64,000 nucleotides of DNA from an uncultured Spirochaetota bacterium (GCA_963734495.1 CAVTHK010000010.1:292568-356567); one strand, 5' to 3'. Counted from the first letter of the stretch, positions 45,937-56,449 are shown. A program made the numbers and translations. The notes: generated from the letters alone by a model not told the origin.

Positions 45937-46826
45937 CAGAAGTCCCTGAGCGCGCCTGCCGCCCGGCTGCCGAAGAGGCCGCTCGGCCGCAGGAACAGCA
46001 TGACCAGCAGGATCGCGATCGCCACCACGTCCTGGTAGGCGGACGGCAGAACGCTCACGCTGAACGTCTCGAGGGCCGCGAGGATGATTCCCGCGGCGAC
46101 GGCGGCGACGCTGTTGCCAAGGCCGCCGAGCACCGCTGCCGCGAACCCCTTGAGGGCCAGGGGCGTGCCGATCGCGTAGTGCGTCTGCGTCAACGGAGAG
46201 ACCAGGCAGCCCCCGACCGCCCCGAGCGCGGCGCTCACGACGAACGAGAGCGTCACCATGCTGCGGGCGGAGATCCCGCAGAGGCGCGCGGCGCGCGGGT
46301 TGACCGAGCAGGCCCTCATCGCCTGGCCGGTGAGGCTGTAGCGGAAGAACAGCTGAAGCGCGATCACGGCCAGCGCTGAGACCCCCAGCACCCAGAACAC
46401 CTGGGGCGACACGTGCGCGCCCAGGATGCGAACGGACGACACTTCGCTGCCGGTAAAGAACGGCAGTGCCCGCACCTTCTCGTCCCAGACGTGGAGCGCC
46501 GCCTCCCTGATCACGATGGAGAGCCCGATGGTGACGATGATCATCCTCAGCACCGACGGGTTGCGCAGCCGCCGGATGATCAGAATCTCAATCGCTCCGC
46601 CCAGCGCCGCGGTCACCATCACCGCCAGGATGACGGCCGGCACCAGCGGCATGAGGCGCGAAAACGAGTACGCCGTCATCGCGCCCACCATCGCGAACTC
46701 GCCCTGGGCGAAGTTGATGATCCCCGTCGCGTTGTAGATGACGTTGAACCCGACCGCCACCGTGGCATAGATGCTGCCCGCGGTGAGCGCGGAGAACAGG
46801 TACTGGATCAGCAGGTCTGTCGTCAT
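45936..46826 (-). CDS. livH: Liv-type ABC permease (LivH)
   Basis: GIINFAQGEF, GQAMRA and KGFAAAVLGGLG. Confidence 0.9.
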   Translation of the reverse strand: MTTDLLIQYLFSALTAGSIYATVAVGFNVIYNATGIINFAQGEFAMVGAMTAYSFSRLMPLVPAVILAVMVTAALGGAIEILIIRRLRNPSVLRMIIVTIGLSIVIREAALHVWDEKVRALPFFTGSEVSSVRILGAHVSPQVFWVLGVSALAVIALQLFFRYSLTGQAMRACSVNPRAARLCGISARSMVTLSFVVSAALGAVGGCLVSPLTQTHYAIGTPLALKGFAAAVLGGLGNSVAAVAAGIILAALETFSVSVLPSAYQDVVAIAILLVMLFLRPSGLFGSRAAGALRDF

Positions 46827-46894
46827 GGCGGACCGCGTGAACGCGCGCCTGCGGCGCGGCCCCCGGCCCCGCCGCAGGCGACCGCGTCGCGATG

Positions 46895-48034
46895 CTATTT
46901 CGTGTAGACTACGAACTTGCCGCCCTTGACCGTGATCATCTCGAACGAATCCATCGCAAGCCCGTTGTGATCCTCGGGCGTCATGTTGAACACGCCTCCG
47001 GTGCCCACGAAACCCTTTATGTTCTCGAGCGCCGTGCGCACCTTCTCCTTGTCGAAGCCCCCCGCCTTCTTGACGGCTTCGCTGAGGAGCATGATCGCGT
47101 CGTAGGCGTGGCCGCCGAACGTGCTGGCAGCTTCCTTGTACTTGCTCTCGTAGTCGTTCTTGTACTTCAGCAGCACGGCCTTCTGCGGATCGCTCGCCGG
47201 GAGCACGTCCGCGACGAGCAGGTGGCCCGCCGGGAAGATGATGCCGTCGGCGGCCTCGCCCGCGACCTCGACGTACCTGATGTTGCCGAACCCGTGGCTC
47301 TGGAACAGCGGCATCTTCATGCCGAGCTGCTTCATGTTCTTCGGAATGATCGACTGCGCGTCCTCGATCGACCAGTTGACCACGGCCTGCACGTTCTGCG
47401 CCTTGACCTTGGTGAGCAGCGCCGTGAGGTCCGTCGCGGCCTTGTCGTAGACTTCCTTGGAGACGATCTGGATCCCGTACTGCCCCGCGTACTTCTCCAG
47501 GAACGACATGCCGCCCTGGCCGAAGCCCGTGTTCGACGCGAGCGCCGCGATCTTCGTGATCCCTTTCTCCTTCATCGTGCGGTAGATCCAGTCAACAGCG
47601 TAGCTGTCTTTCTGCGGGGTCTTGAAGACCCACTTTGCCACCGGATTGACGATCGTCTCGGCAGCCGCGCAGGACAGAAGCAGCGTCTTGTTCTGCTCGC
47701 AGAGATCCTTGATCTGCATCGACTCTCCGCTCGTCGAGGGACCGATGATCGCGAAGACCTTGTTCTCCTCGATGAGCTGCTTGGCGAACGAAAGCGCCTT
47801 CTCCGGGCTGCCCCCCGAGTCCTTGATGATCATCTCGATCTTGCGGCCGAGCACGCCGCCGGCAGAATTGATCTGCTCGGTGAGCATCTCCGCGGTCCGC
47901 GACTCGGGCACGCCGAGGAACGACGCGCCGGTGATCGAGAAGATCGCCCCGATCTTGAGCGTGGCCGGCTGCTTTGGAGCGCACGACGCCAGCAGGAGCA
48001 CGAGCCCTGCAATCAGAACACCGCCCTTCTTCAC
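46895..48034 (-). CDS. Liv-family ABC substrate-binding lipoprotein (possibly binds aromatic acids)
   Basis: Lipobox LLLASC, IGAIFSITG, IIGPSTSG and HAYDA; AAGGAGG RBS. Confidence 0.88.
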   Translation of the reverse strand: MKKGGVLIAGLVLLLASCAPKQPATLKIGAIFSITGASFLGVPESRTAEMLTEQINSAGGVLGRKIEMIIKDSGGSPEKALSFAKQLIEENKVFAIIGPSTSGESMQIKDLCEQNKTLLLSCAAAETIVNPVAKWVFKTPQKDSYAVDWIYRTMKEKGITKIAALASNTGFGQGGMSFLEKYAGQYGIQIVSKEVYDKAATDLTALLTKVKAQNVQAVVNWSIEDAQSIIPKNMKQLGMKMPLFQSHGFGNIRYVEVAGEAADGIIFPAGHLLVADVLPASDPQKAVLLKYKNDYESKYKEAASTFGGHAYDAIMLLSEAVKKAGGFDKEKVRTALENIKGFVGTGGVFNMTPEDHNGLAMDSFEMITVKGGKFVVYTK

Positions 48035-48095
48035 CTGAATTCCTCCTTGTGGGGTCACGCGCCGCCCAGACACGCGGCGGCGCAAAGTCGGGCGG

Positions 48096-48193
48096 ATTAT
48101 AGCACAGTCGACCATCGCCGCAAGCGGCTGCCGGCGGCCGCCGCGGTCGGCGCGGCGCCTCTTTTTGACACGGCGGGACCCCGCTGTTAGACT
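48096..48193. promoter_or_regulatory. Divergent sigma70-type promoters of the aryl-acid cluster
   Basis: Minus strand TGcTATAAT (48096-48104); plus strand TTGACA(48165)-17 bp-TAGACT(48188) with an extended TG. Confidence 0.7.
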
Positions 48194-48270
48194 CGCCCCG
48201 CTCGAGGCGAGCGTCGCGCGCAGCGGGCAGAAATGCGCCGCGACACGCAGCGCGCTCTCGGGAGGATCGC

Positions 48271-49461
48271 GTGGCCGTTTCCGAAAGAATCAAGACCATG
48301 ATGGGACAGTCCTCATGGATCCGCAAGATGTTCGAGGTCGGGGCGAGGCTGGCGGCCGAGCACGGACCCGGCGCGGTCTGCGATTTCAGCCTCGGAAACC
48401 CCAACCTGGCCCCGCCGGCGCTCTTCGAGCGGGAGCTGCGGCGCGTGGTCGAGGAGCCTCTCGAGGGCAAGCACGGCTACATGCCCAACGCCGGCTACCC
48501 ATGGGTCCGGGAGAAGATCGCCGCCCGGATCGCTGCTGAGCAGGGCGTGCGCGTGGACGCCGGCCGCATCCTGATGACCTGCGGCGCGGCCGGGGCGATG
48601 AACGTCGCGCTCAAGACCATCCTCAACCCGGGCGACACGGTGCTCGCGAGCACGCCGTGCTTTATGGAGTACCGCTTCTACGTGGACAACCACGGCGGCA
48701 CGCTCGAGCTCGTCCCCGGGCGGCCCGATTTCGACCTGGACGTGGCCGCGATGGAGGCCAAGGTCACGCCCCGCACCGCCGCGGTGATCCTCAACTCGCC
48801 CAACAACCCATCCGGCCGCATCTACCCGGAGGCGACGCTGCGGGACCTGGGCCGCATGCTCGAGCGCGCGAGCAGGCGCATCGGCCGGACGATCTACCTG
48901 CTGGCGGACGAGCCTTACCGCAAGATCGTCTACGACGGCGCCGAGGTGCCAAGCGTGATGGCCGCATACCGCAGCAGCATCGTGTGCACCTCGTACTCCA
49001 AGGACCTCTCTATCCCCGGCGAGCGGATCGGCTGGCTGGCCGTCCACCCCGAGGCGGACGGCGTCTCCGAGCTCGTCGACGGCTTCGTCCTCTGCAACCG
49101 CATCCTCGGCTACGTGAATGCCCCCGCGCTGATGCAGCGCGTCGTGGCCGGCATCGGGGACGCCGCGGTCGACCCCCGCGTCTACCAGCGCAAGCGCGAC
49201 AGGCTCTGCGGCGCCCTGTCGGCCATGGGCTACGAGCTCGCCAGGCCGCAGGGGACCTTCTACCTCTTTCCCAAGGCTCCGGGCGGCGACGATCTCGCCG
49301 CGATCGACGCTCTGCAGAGGGAGCTGATCCTCACCGTCCCCGGCCGCGGCTTCGGAGCTCCGGGCTGGTTCCGCATCGCCTTCTGCGTCGACGACGCCGT
49401 CATCGAGCGGTCGATCCCGGGCTTCGAGCGGGCCTTTGCCCGCCTGACATCGAAGGCGTAG
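48271..49461 (+). CDS. PLP-dependent class I/II aminotransferase (aspartate/aromatic)
   Basis: DFSLGNP, NSPNNPSG, DEPY and SYSKDLSIPGERIG. Confidence 0.92.
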   Translation: MAVSERIKTMMGQSSWIRKMFEVGARLAAEHGPGAVCDFSLGNPNLAPPALFERELRRVVEEPLEGKHGYMPNAGYPWVREKIAARIAAEQGVRVDAGRILMTCGAAGAMNVALKTILNPGDTVLASTPCFMEYRFYVDNHGGTLELVPGRPDFDLDVAAMEAKVTPRTAAVILNSPNNPSGRIYPEATLRDLGRMLERASRRIGRTIYLLADEPYRKIVYDGAEVPSVMAAYRSSIVCTSYSKDLSIPGERIGWLAVHPEADGVSELVDGFVLCNRILGYVNAPALMQRVVAGIGDAAVDPRVYQRKRDRLCGALSAMGYELARPQGTFYLFPKAPGGDDLAAIDALQRELILTVPGRGFGAPGWFRIAFCVDDAVIERSIPGFERAFARLTSKA

Positions 49462-49608
49462 GCCGAGCGGCCGCGGGGCCCGCCACGGCGGCCGTCCCGT
49501 GCCGTCCCGGGCTCGCGTTGACGGGATGACGGACCTCCCGATAGTATGACGGCACGCCGCGAGTCGCCCGCAAGGCGCGACCGCCAGTCGAAAAGGAGCG
49601 ATCCCAGC

Positions 49609-51366
49609 TTGGAGAAGCTTTTCCTCTCGGGGAACGAGGCCGTGGCCCGGGGCGCGTGGGAGACCGGGCTCGCCGTGGCCTGCGCATACCCGGGAACGCC
49701 TTCGAGCGAGATCCTCGAGACCCTCGCCTCCTTACCGGGGATCGACGCGCAGTGGTCGGTCAACGAGAAGGTCGCCTACGAGGTGGCGCTCGGCGCCGCG
49801 ATCGGGGGCGCCCGCAGCCTCTTCGCGTGCAAGCACGTCGGCTTGAACGTCGCCATGGACCCGCTGATGACATCGGCCTACACGGGCGTCAAGGCGGGCT
49901 TTGTCGTCGTCGTGGCCGACGACCCCGGGATGCACTCGTCGCAGAACGAGCAGGACACGCGGTGGGTCAGCATCTACGCGAAGCTCCCGCTCCTCGAGCC
50001 CTCGTCGCCGTCCGAGGCGTACGCCTTTGTCCGGGAGGCGTTCGCGGTCAGCGAGCGGTTCGACACGCCGGTCCTCCTCCGCCTCACGACGCGGGTCTCC
50101 CACACCAAGGAGAACGTCGAGGTCGGCGTCCGCACCGAGGCGGATCGCACCGCGTTCGCGCCCGACATCGCGAAGTACGTGATGATGCCCGGCAACGCCT
50201 ACCAGCGGCACATCAAGGTCGAAGACCGCATCGAGCGGCTGCGCGCGTACGCGGAGGCGAGCCCGCTCAACCGCGACGAGCCCGGCGCGGGCCCCGCGGT
50301 CATCACCTCAGGGGTTGCGTACAACTACGTGCGCGAAGCTCTCCCCGAAGCGGCCGTGCTCAAGCTCGGCATGAGCTACCCGTTCCCCGATGCGAAGATC
50401 CGCGAGTTCGCCTCGCGTTTCCCCGAAGTGCTCGTCGTCGAGGAGCTCGATCCCTTTCTCGGGGATCACGTGCGCAGCCTCGGCATCGCGGTGCGGCCGA
50501 CGCACTCGAGCTACCGCATCGGCGAGCTCGGCCCCGACGCCGTCGCGGCGCTGGCGGCGGGCGCGCCGAGGGACCTGCGGCGCGAGCCGTCGCGCAAGCC
50601 GGTGCTCTGCCCGGGGTGCGGCCATCGCGCGGTGTTCACGGCCCTGAAAAAGCTGAAGGTGGTCGTGGCCGGCGACATCGGCTGCTACACCCTCGCGGCG
50701 ACCCCTCCGCTCGCCGCCATGCACACGACCATCTGCATGGGCGCGGGAGTGACCGTGCGCGAGGGCCTGGGCCGCGCCCTCACGGATCCCCGGACGGCGG
50801 GCGACGGCCGCCCGAAGATCGTCGGCGTCATCGGCGACTCCACCTTCATCCATTCGGGCATCACGGGGCTGATCAACGCGGTGTACAACCGGGCCGAGGG
50901 GCTCATCATCATCCTCGACAACGCGACCACCGCCATGACGGGCGGGCAGAACCATCCCGGCACCGGCAGGACGATCCGCGAGCAGGCGACGGCGCGGCTC
51001 GACCTGGAGGCGCTCTGCCGGGCCTGCGGCGCGGACAGCGTGGACGTCATCGACCCCTACCGGTACCCGGCCCTCACCGGCCTCGTCCGAAAGCGGCTCG
51101 ACGAGCCGGGGCTCGCGGTCATCATCTCGCGGCGCCCCTGCAAGCTGCACGACCGTGAGCGCAAGCCGGCCCCCGCCTATCATCGCGACCTCTGCCGCGC
51201 CTGCGGCCTCTGCCTCAAGATCGACTGCCCGGCGATCAAGGAGCTCGACGGCGGCTTCGTCGCGATCGACGAGAGCATCTGCACCGGCTGCGACCTCTGC
51301 GTCGAGGTCTGCCCGTTCGATGCGCTCGCCTCGCGCAACCCCGAGGAGGCGGCCGTCGATGCATAA
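49609..51366 (+). CDS. iorA: Indolepyruvate:ferredoxin oxidoreductase alpha subunit
   Basis: GNEAVARG, YPGTPSSEI, KHVGLNVA, SSQNEQD, LCPGC, GDIGCY, GDST and C-terminal ferredoxin cysteines. Confidence 0.93.
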   Translation: MEKLFLSGNEAVARGAWETGLAVACAYPGTPSSEILETLASLPGIDAQWSVNEKVAYEVALGAAIGGARSLFACKHVGLNVAMDPLMTSAYTGVKAGFVVVVADDPGMHSSQNEQDTRWVSIYAKLPLLEPSSPSEAYAFVREAFAVSERFDTPVLLRLTTRVSHTKENVEVGVRTEADRTAFAPDIAKYVMMPGNAYQRHIKVEDRIERLRAYAEASPLNRDEPGAGPAVITSGVAYNYVREALPEAAVLKLGMSYPFPDAKIREFASRFPEVLVVEELDPFLGDHVRSLGIAVRPTHSSYRIGELGPDAVAALAAGAPRDLRREPSRKPVLCPGCGHRAVFTALKKLKVVVAGDIGCYTLAATPPLAAMHTTICMGAGVTVREGLGRALTDPRTAGDGRPKIVGVIGDSTFIHSGITGLINAVYNRAEGLIIILDNATTAMTGGQNHPGTGRTIREQATARLDLEALCRACGADSVDVIDPYRYPALTGLVRKRLDEPGLAVIISRRPCKLHDRERKPAPAYHRDLCRACGLCLKIDCPAIKELDGGFVAIDESICTGCDLCVEVCPFDALASRNPEEAAVDA

Positions 51367-51854
51367 CGTGCTGTTCTGCGGGATCGGCGGCCAGGGGGTG
51401 CTCACGGCCGCCGAAGTGTGCGGCGTGGCCGCCATGCTCGCCGGCTACCACGTCAAGAAGAGCGAGGTCCACGGCATGGCCCAGCGCGGGGGCTCGGTCG
51501 AGAGCCACCTGCGGTTCGGCGAGCGCGTCTTTTCCCCCCTGATCCCCCGCGGCTCGGCGGACGTCATTGCCTGCTTCGACCGCGCCGAGGGCGAGCGCCT
51601 GGCCCCCTGGCTCAGAAGCGGCGGGGTGAGCCTCATCCCCTGGCTCGAGACCGCGGCGCCGAAGGACCGGCGCTTCCTCAACACGTACCTGCTCGGCGTG
51701 CTCAGCGGGTACCTGCCGATTGCGCGCGAGCTGCTGGCTCCAGGCTCTCGGCAAGGTGCTCACCCGCGCGCCGGACGAGAACCGGGCCGCGTTCCTCGAG
51801 GGCGCGGCCGCGACGGGGAGTCGCAGGACCGCGGCCCCGGTCGGAGGGGACTAA
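51359..51854 (+). CDS. iorB: Indolepyruvate:ferredoxin oxidoreductase beta subunit (short); frameshift near 51735
   Basis: GIGGQG and SEVHGMAQRGGSV; ENRAAF in the second frame. Confidence 0.85.
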
Positions 51855-51894
51855 AGGCGCGGCCCTCCGGCCGCGCCGCGACGGGAGATACGGG

Positions 51895-53199
51895 ATGGCT
51901 TTCTGGGAAAAGGAGATCGAGACAATCAGCCGTGAGGACCTGGCGCGCGCCCAGCTCGAGGGGCTGCGCGAGACGGTCCGCTCGGCGCTGCGGACGACCT
52001 TCTACACGGGCCGGCTCGCCGAGGCGGGCATCCGGTCGCCCGACGACATCCGCAGCCTGGACGACCTGCGACGCATCCCCTTTACCACAAAGGACGACCT
52101 GCGGCGGGCCTTCCCCGAGGGCCTGCTGGCCGTCGACCGCTCGGACGTCGTGCGCCTGCACGCCTCCAGCGGCACGACCGGCATCCCGACGGTGATCTAC
52201 CACACGCAGTCGGACATCGAGCGCTGGGCCAACCTCAACGCGCGCAGCCTCGCGGCGGCGGGCTGCACGCGCGCCGACGTCTTCCAGAACATGATGAGCT
52301 ACGGCCTGTTCACCGGCGGGCTCGGCATGCACTACGGCGCCGAGCGGCTCGGCATGATGGTGATCCCGGTCGGCGCGGGCAACACCAAGCGCCAGATCAA
52401 GTTCATGAAGGAGCTCCGCGCGACCGTGGTCCACGCCACGCCGAGCTACCTGCTGCACGTCCACTCCAAGCTGGCCGACGAAGGCGTCTCCCCGTCGGAC
52501 CTCGCGCTGCGGAAGGCCATGGTCGGCGCCGAGCCTCACTCCGAGGAGATCCGCCGCAAGATCGAGCAGCTCTTCGGCATCGACGTGTACAACTCGTACG
52601 GCCTGAGCGAGATGAACGGCCCGGGCGTCGCGTTCGAGTGCGAGCTCAAGCGCGGCATGCACGTCTGGGAGGACGCCTACATCCTGGAGACGATCGACCC
52701 CTCGACCCAGGCGATCCTGCGGGACGGCGACCCGGGCGAGCTGGTCTTTACCACGCTGCGCCGCCAGGCCACGCCCCTGCTGCGCTACCGCACCCGCGAT
52801 CTCTCGATGGTGTCCCCCGACCCGTGCGCCTGCGGCCGCACGCACCGCAGGATCGCGCGCATCAAGGGGCGCAGCGACGACATGCTGATCATCAACGGCG
52901 TCAACGTCTATCCCTCGCAGATCGAAGAGATCCTGATGAAGATGCCCGAGGTCGGGACCAACTACCAGATCGTGATCAGCAAGAACGGCGCCCTGGATCA
53001 CCTGGTGGTCAAGACCGAAGTGACGCCGGCCATCTTCAGCGACGACGCCCGCGACCTGAACGCGCTGCGCCGGCGCATCGTCGACAACCTGCGCGCGGCC
53101 ATCGCCATCGGCGGCGAGGTCGAGCTGCACGAGCCCGGGATGCTGCCCGTCTCGGAGGGCAAGGCGGTCCGGGTGATCGACACCCGCAAGCCCCTGTAG
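51895..53199 (+). CDS. paaK: Phenylacetate-CoA ligase
   Basis: [28 protein letters not shown] and GRSDDM. Confidence 0.92.
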   Translation: MAFWEKEIETISREDLARAQLEGLRETVRSALRTTFYTGRLAEAGIRSPDDIRSLDDLRRIPFTTKDDLRRAFPEGLLAVDRSDVVRLHASSGTTGIPTVIYHTQSDIERWANLNARSLAAAGCTRADVFQNMMSYGLFTGGLGMHYGAERLGMMVIPVGAGNTKRQIKFMKELRATVVHATPSYLLHVHSKLADEGVSPSDLALRKAMVGAEPHSEEIRRKIEQLFGIDVYNSYGLSEMNGPGVAFECELKRGMHVWEDAYILETIDPSTQAILRDGDPGELVFTTLRRQATPLLRYRTRDLSMVSPDPCACGRTHRRIARIKGRSDDMLIINGVNVYPSQIEEILMKMPEVGTNYQIVISKNGALDHLVVKTEVTPAIFSDDARDLNALRRRIVDNLRAAIAIGGEVELHEPGMLPVSEGKAVRVIDTRKPL

Positions 53200-53284
53200 G
53201 AGCCCGCCGGGTACGGCGGGCCTGGGATTTGGCGACCCCCCGAGTACGAGGGGCCAATGAGACGCCAAATCAAAGGAGGAGACC

Positions 53285-54588
53285 ATGATCTGGAACCGCG
53301 AAGCCGAGTGCATGGAGCCCCGCGAGCGCGAGGCGCGGCAGCTCGCCTGCCTCGCCGAGATCGTCGAGCGGGTGTGGAAGCGCGTGCCCTTCTACCGCAA
53401 GAAGCTCGAGGCCGCGGGCGTGCGGCCCGCCGACATCCGCAGCATGGCGGACATCGCGAAGCTGCCCTTCACCACGAAGGACGAGCTCCGCGAGACCTAC
53501 CCTTACGGCCTGCTCGCGGTGGAGGAGTCGGACCTCGTCGAAGTGCACACCTCCTCCGGCACGACCGGCACGCCCGTCGTCGATGCCTACACGATCAAGG
53601 ACATCGACACGTGGAGCGAAGCGATGGCGCGCACCCTCTCCGCGGCGCGGGCACCGGCAAGGGAGACGTGGTGCAGAACGGCTACGGCTACGGGCTGTTC
53701 ACCGGCGGGCTCGGGATCCACTACGGCGCGCGCCGCATCGGCGCCAACATCATCCCGATCTCGGCGGGCAACACCCAGCGGCAGATCATGATGATGCGCG
53801 ACTTCAAGTCGACGGTCCTCACCTGCACGCCGTCGTACTCCCTGTACCTGGCCGAGGCCGCAAAGGAAGAAGGGGTCGACTTCGGATCGCTCCCGCTGCG
53901 TGTCGGCTGCTTCGGCGCCGAGCCCTGGAGCGACAACATGAGGGTCGAGATCGAGCAGAAGCTCAAGGTCGACGCCTTCGACATCTACGGGCTCACGGAG
54001 ATCATCGGCCCGGGCGTCTCGCACGAGTGCGAGGCCAAGAACGGCCTGCACGTGAGCGAGGACCTCTTCTATCCCGAGATCATCGACCCGGCCACCGGCA
54101 AGGTGCTCCCGGACGGCCAGAAGGGCGAGCTGGTCTTCACGACGCTCACCAAGGAGGGCACGCCCGTCATCCGCTACCGAACGCGCGACATCACCTACCT
54201 CGAGCGCGGCCGCTGCTCCTGCGGCCGCACGCTGGTGCGGATGCACAGGCTGCTCGGCCGCACGGACGACATGCTCATCATTCGCGGCGTGAACGTCTTC
54301 CCCTCGCAGATCGAGCATGTCCTGATGAGGATCGAGGGCACCGAGCCCCACTACGTGATCGTCGTCGACCGCAAGGCGGCGAGCCTCGACGACCTCGAGG
54401 TGATGGTCGAGGTGGAGCAGAGCTTCTTTACCGACGAGACCAGGGGGCTCGAGACGCTGCGGGAAAAGATCGCGAAGGCCATCCGCGAAGAGCTCGGAGT
54501 GAGCGCGCGCATCAAGCTCGTGGAGCCCAAGACGATCGAGCGCAGCCAGGGCAAGGCCAAGCGCGTGATCGACAAGCGGAACGTCTGA
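53285..54588 (+). CDS. paaK: Phenylacetate-CoA ligase; frameshift near 53645
   Basis: [29 protein letters not shown] and GRTDDM. Confidence 0.9.
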
Positions 54589-54706
54589 TCGGCCGCGGCC
54601 TTTGCGCCCGGCCGGCGCGCCGGGTTGAGGCACGGCTGGAACAGCCGCAGCGGGGTGAGCAGCCGCACGCGGGGAGTCCGAAAACGCTGCTCGAGGAGGG
54701 GAAAGC

Positions 54707-55123
54707 ATGGCGGTCAAGCAGATCTCGGTTTTCGTGGAGAACACTTCGGGCCGGATCGCGGAGGTCACGCGGCTCCTGGCGACCGCGAAGGTCAACCTGC
54801 GGGCGATCACCATCGCGGACACGGCGGACTTCGGCATCCTTCGCATCATCGCCGACGACTGCGACCGCGCGCTGGCGGCGTTCGCGAAGTCCGGCTTTAC
54901 CGCCAAGGTGACCGACGTCATCGGCGTCGAGGTCCCGGACAGGCCCGGCGGGCTCGCCGACGTCATGGAGATCTTCCACCGCGAGGGGGTGAACATCGAA
55001 TACCTCTACGCGTCCCTGGAGCACGTCAAGGACAAGGCGGTGGTCATCTTCAAGGTCGAAGACGTGGCGCACGGCCTCAAGATCTGCGCGCAGCAGAAGC
55101 TGTCGCTGATCTCGCAGATCTAG
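54707..55123 (+). CDS. Tandem ACT-domain protein
   Basis: KQISVFVEN..G, DFGILR, PDRPGGL and NIEYLY. Confidence 0.9.
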   Translation: MAVKQISVFVENTSGRIAEVTRLLATAKVNLRAITIADTADFGILRIIADDCDRALAAFAKSGFTAKVTDVIGVEVPDRPGGLADVMEIFHREGVNIEYLYASLEHVKDKAVVIFKVEDVAHGLKICAQQKLSLISQI

Positions 55124-55150
55124 CTCTCCCGGGACGAGCCCGAGGCGGCC

Positions 55151-55546
55151 GTGGAGAACTTCACCATAGTCCGTCCCGAGCACCTCAACCATCACGGGGT
55201 GCTCTTCGGCGGGCAGCTGCTCCTGTGGGTCGACGAGTACGCGTGGCTCGTGGCGGCGAGGGACTTTCCCGGCTACCGGCTCGTCACGCGGGCGATGGAG
55301 CGCTCGGAGTTCCGCACGCCCGTGACGAGCGGCGCGATCCTGCGCTTCAGCATCGTGCCGGCCCACGTCGGACTAAGCTCGGTCACCTACTCGGTCGACG
55401 TGTACGCGGACGAGGGGACGGCGGGCGGTGCGAGCGAGCGGGGCGAGGTGCACGTCTTCAGCAATCGCGTGACCTTTGTCTGCGTCGACGACGAGGGGCG
55501 GAAGCGAAGCCTCCCGCGCCTCGCGCGCCTGCGCTCGCAGGGGTAG
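55151..55546 (+). CDS. Acyl-CoA thioesterase (hotdog fold)
   Basis: HLNHHGVLFGGQLLLWVDE and TFVCVD. Confidence 0.85.
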   Translation: MENFTIVRPEHLNHHGVLFGGQLLLWVDEYAWLVAARDFPGYRLVTRAMERSEFRTPVTSGAILRFSIVPAHVGLSSVTYSVDVYADEGTAGGASERGEVHVFSNRVTFVCVDDEGRKRSLPRLARLRSQG

Positions 55547-55568
55547 CGGCGGGTTGCCGGGCGCCGGG

Positions 55569-56384
55569 TCAGATGCCGGAGTCGGCGGTAAAGCCGCCGT
55601 CGACGGGAACGACGGCGCCCGTGACGAAACGCGCTTCGTCCGAGAGGAGCCAGAGCACGGCGCCGGCGATGTCCTGCGGCTCGCCGAACCTGCCGGCCGG
55701 CACCCGCTGCACGACCGAGCGGCCGCGCTCGGTGAGCTCGCCGCTCGCGCCGTCGACGAGCAGGTACCGGTTCTGGTCGGTCAGCACGAACCCGGGGGCC
55801 ACCGCGTTGACGCGGATGCGGGGCGAATAGGTGCGCGCCATGTGCACGGCGAGCCACCGGGTCAGGTTGACGACCGCCGCCTTGGACGCGGAATACGCAA
55901 AGACGCGGGAGAGAGGCAGGAGGCCCGAGATCGAGGCGATGTTGACGATCGCGCCTTCGCCCTTCTGCGCGAAGAGCCTCCCCACGGCCTGCGCGGGCAG
56001 CAGCGCGGAGAGGTAGTTCAGTCCCGTGGCGGCCCGCACGGCCCGCTCGGGCACGTCGAAGAACGGCATTTCTTCGGACGTGGTCGCCTCCCGGAGGTTG
56101 CCGCCGGCGCCGCACACCAGCAGGTCGACGCGCCCGAACTCCTCGAGGGTCTGGTCGAGCGCGGCTTTCACGCTCGAAGCCCCGGTCACGTCGCAGGCCA
56201 CGGAGCAGGCCCAGCCCCCGGCGCTCATGACGCGGTCCTGTCTGCGCGACGCCGCCTCGCCGTCGATGTCCCAGAGCGCGACGCCCGCGCCCTCGGCCGC
56301 CAGGGCGCTCGCGACCGCGCCGCAGATGGCGCCGCCGCCGCCGGTCACGATCGCCACCCTGCCCTCGAATCGATCTCCGCCCAC
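55569..56384 (-). CDS. SDR oxidoreductase (D-mannonate oxidoreductase/UxuB-like)
   Basis: TGGGGAIC, GAGGN, YSASK, RVNAVAPGF..DQNR and PVDGGF. Confidence 0.85.
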   Translation of the reverse strand: MGGDRFEGRVAIVTGGGGAICGAVASALAAEGAGVALWDIDGEAASRRQDRVMSAGGWACSVACDVTGASSVKAALDQTLEEFGRVDLLVCGAGGNLREATTSEEMPFFDVPERAVRAATGLNYLSALLPAQAVGRLFAQKGEGAIVNIASISGLLPLSRVFAYSASKAAVVNLTRWLAVHMARTYSPRIRVNAVAPGFVLTDQNRYLLVDGASGELTERGRSVVQRVPAGRFGEPQDIAGAVLWLLSDEARFVTGAVVPVDGGFTADSGI

Positions 56385-56449
56385 GGCCCGCACGCTAACG
56401 AGTCGCGCGGCCCGTGTCCAGCAGCCGGCGGCACGCACGCTCCTGGCGG

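Noticed and set aside
48052..48095. c-di-GMP-I riboswitch-like words (GGTCACGC, GGCGCAAAG)
   Set aside because: They are on the strand opposite the leader, and the GGCAAAC/GNRA P2 stem is absent; this is just a GC hairpin
53240..53256. Resemblance to the sarcin-ricin loop or T-box loop-E (AGTACGAGGGG)
   Set aside because: The match is short, the spacer is too small for a T-box and there is no rRNA context
42021..54588. Aerobic phenylacetate degradation (paa) cluster
   Set aside because: No paaABCDE, paaG or paaZ; the IorAB context points to anaerobic aryl-acid and amino acid interconversion
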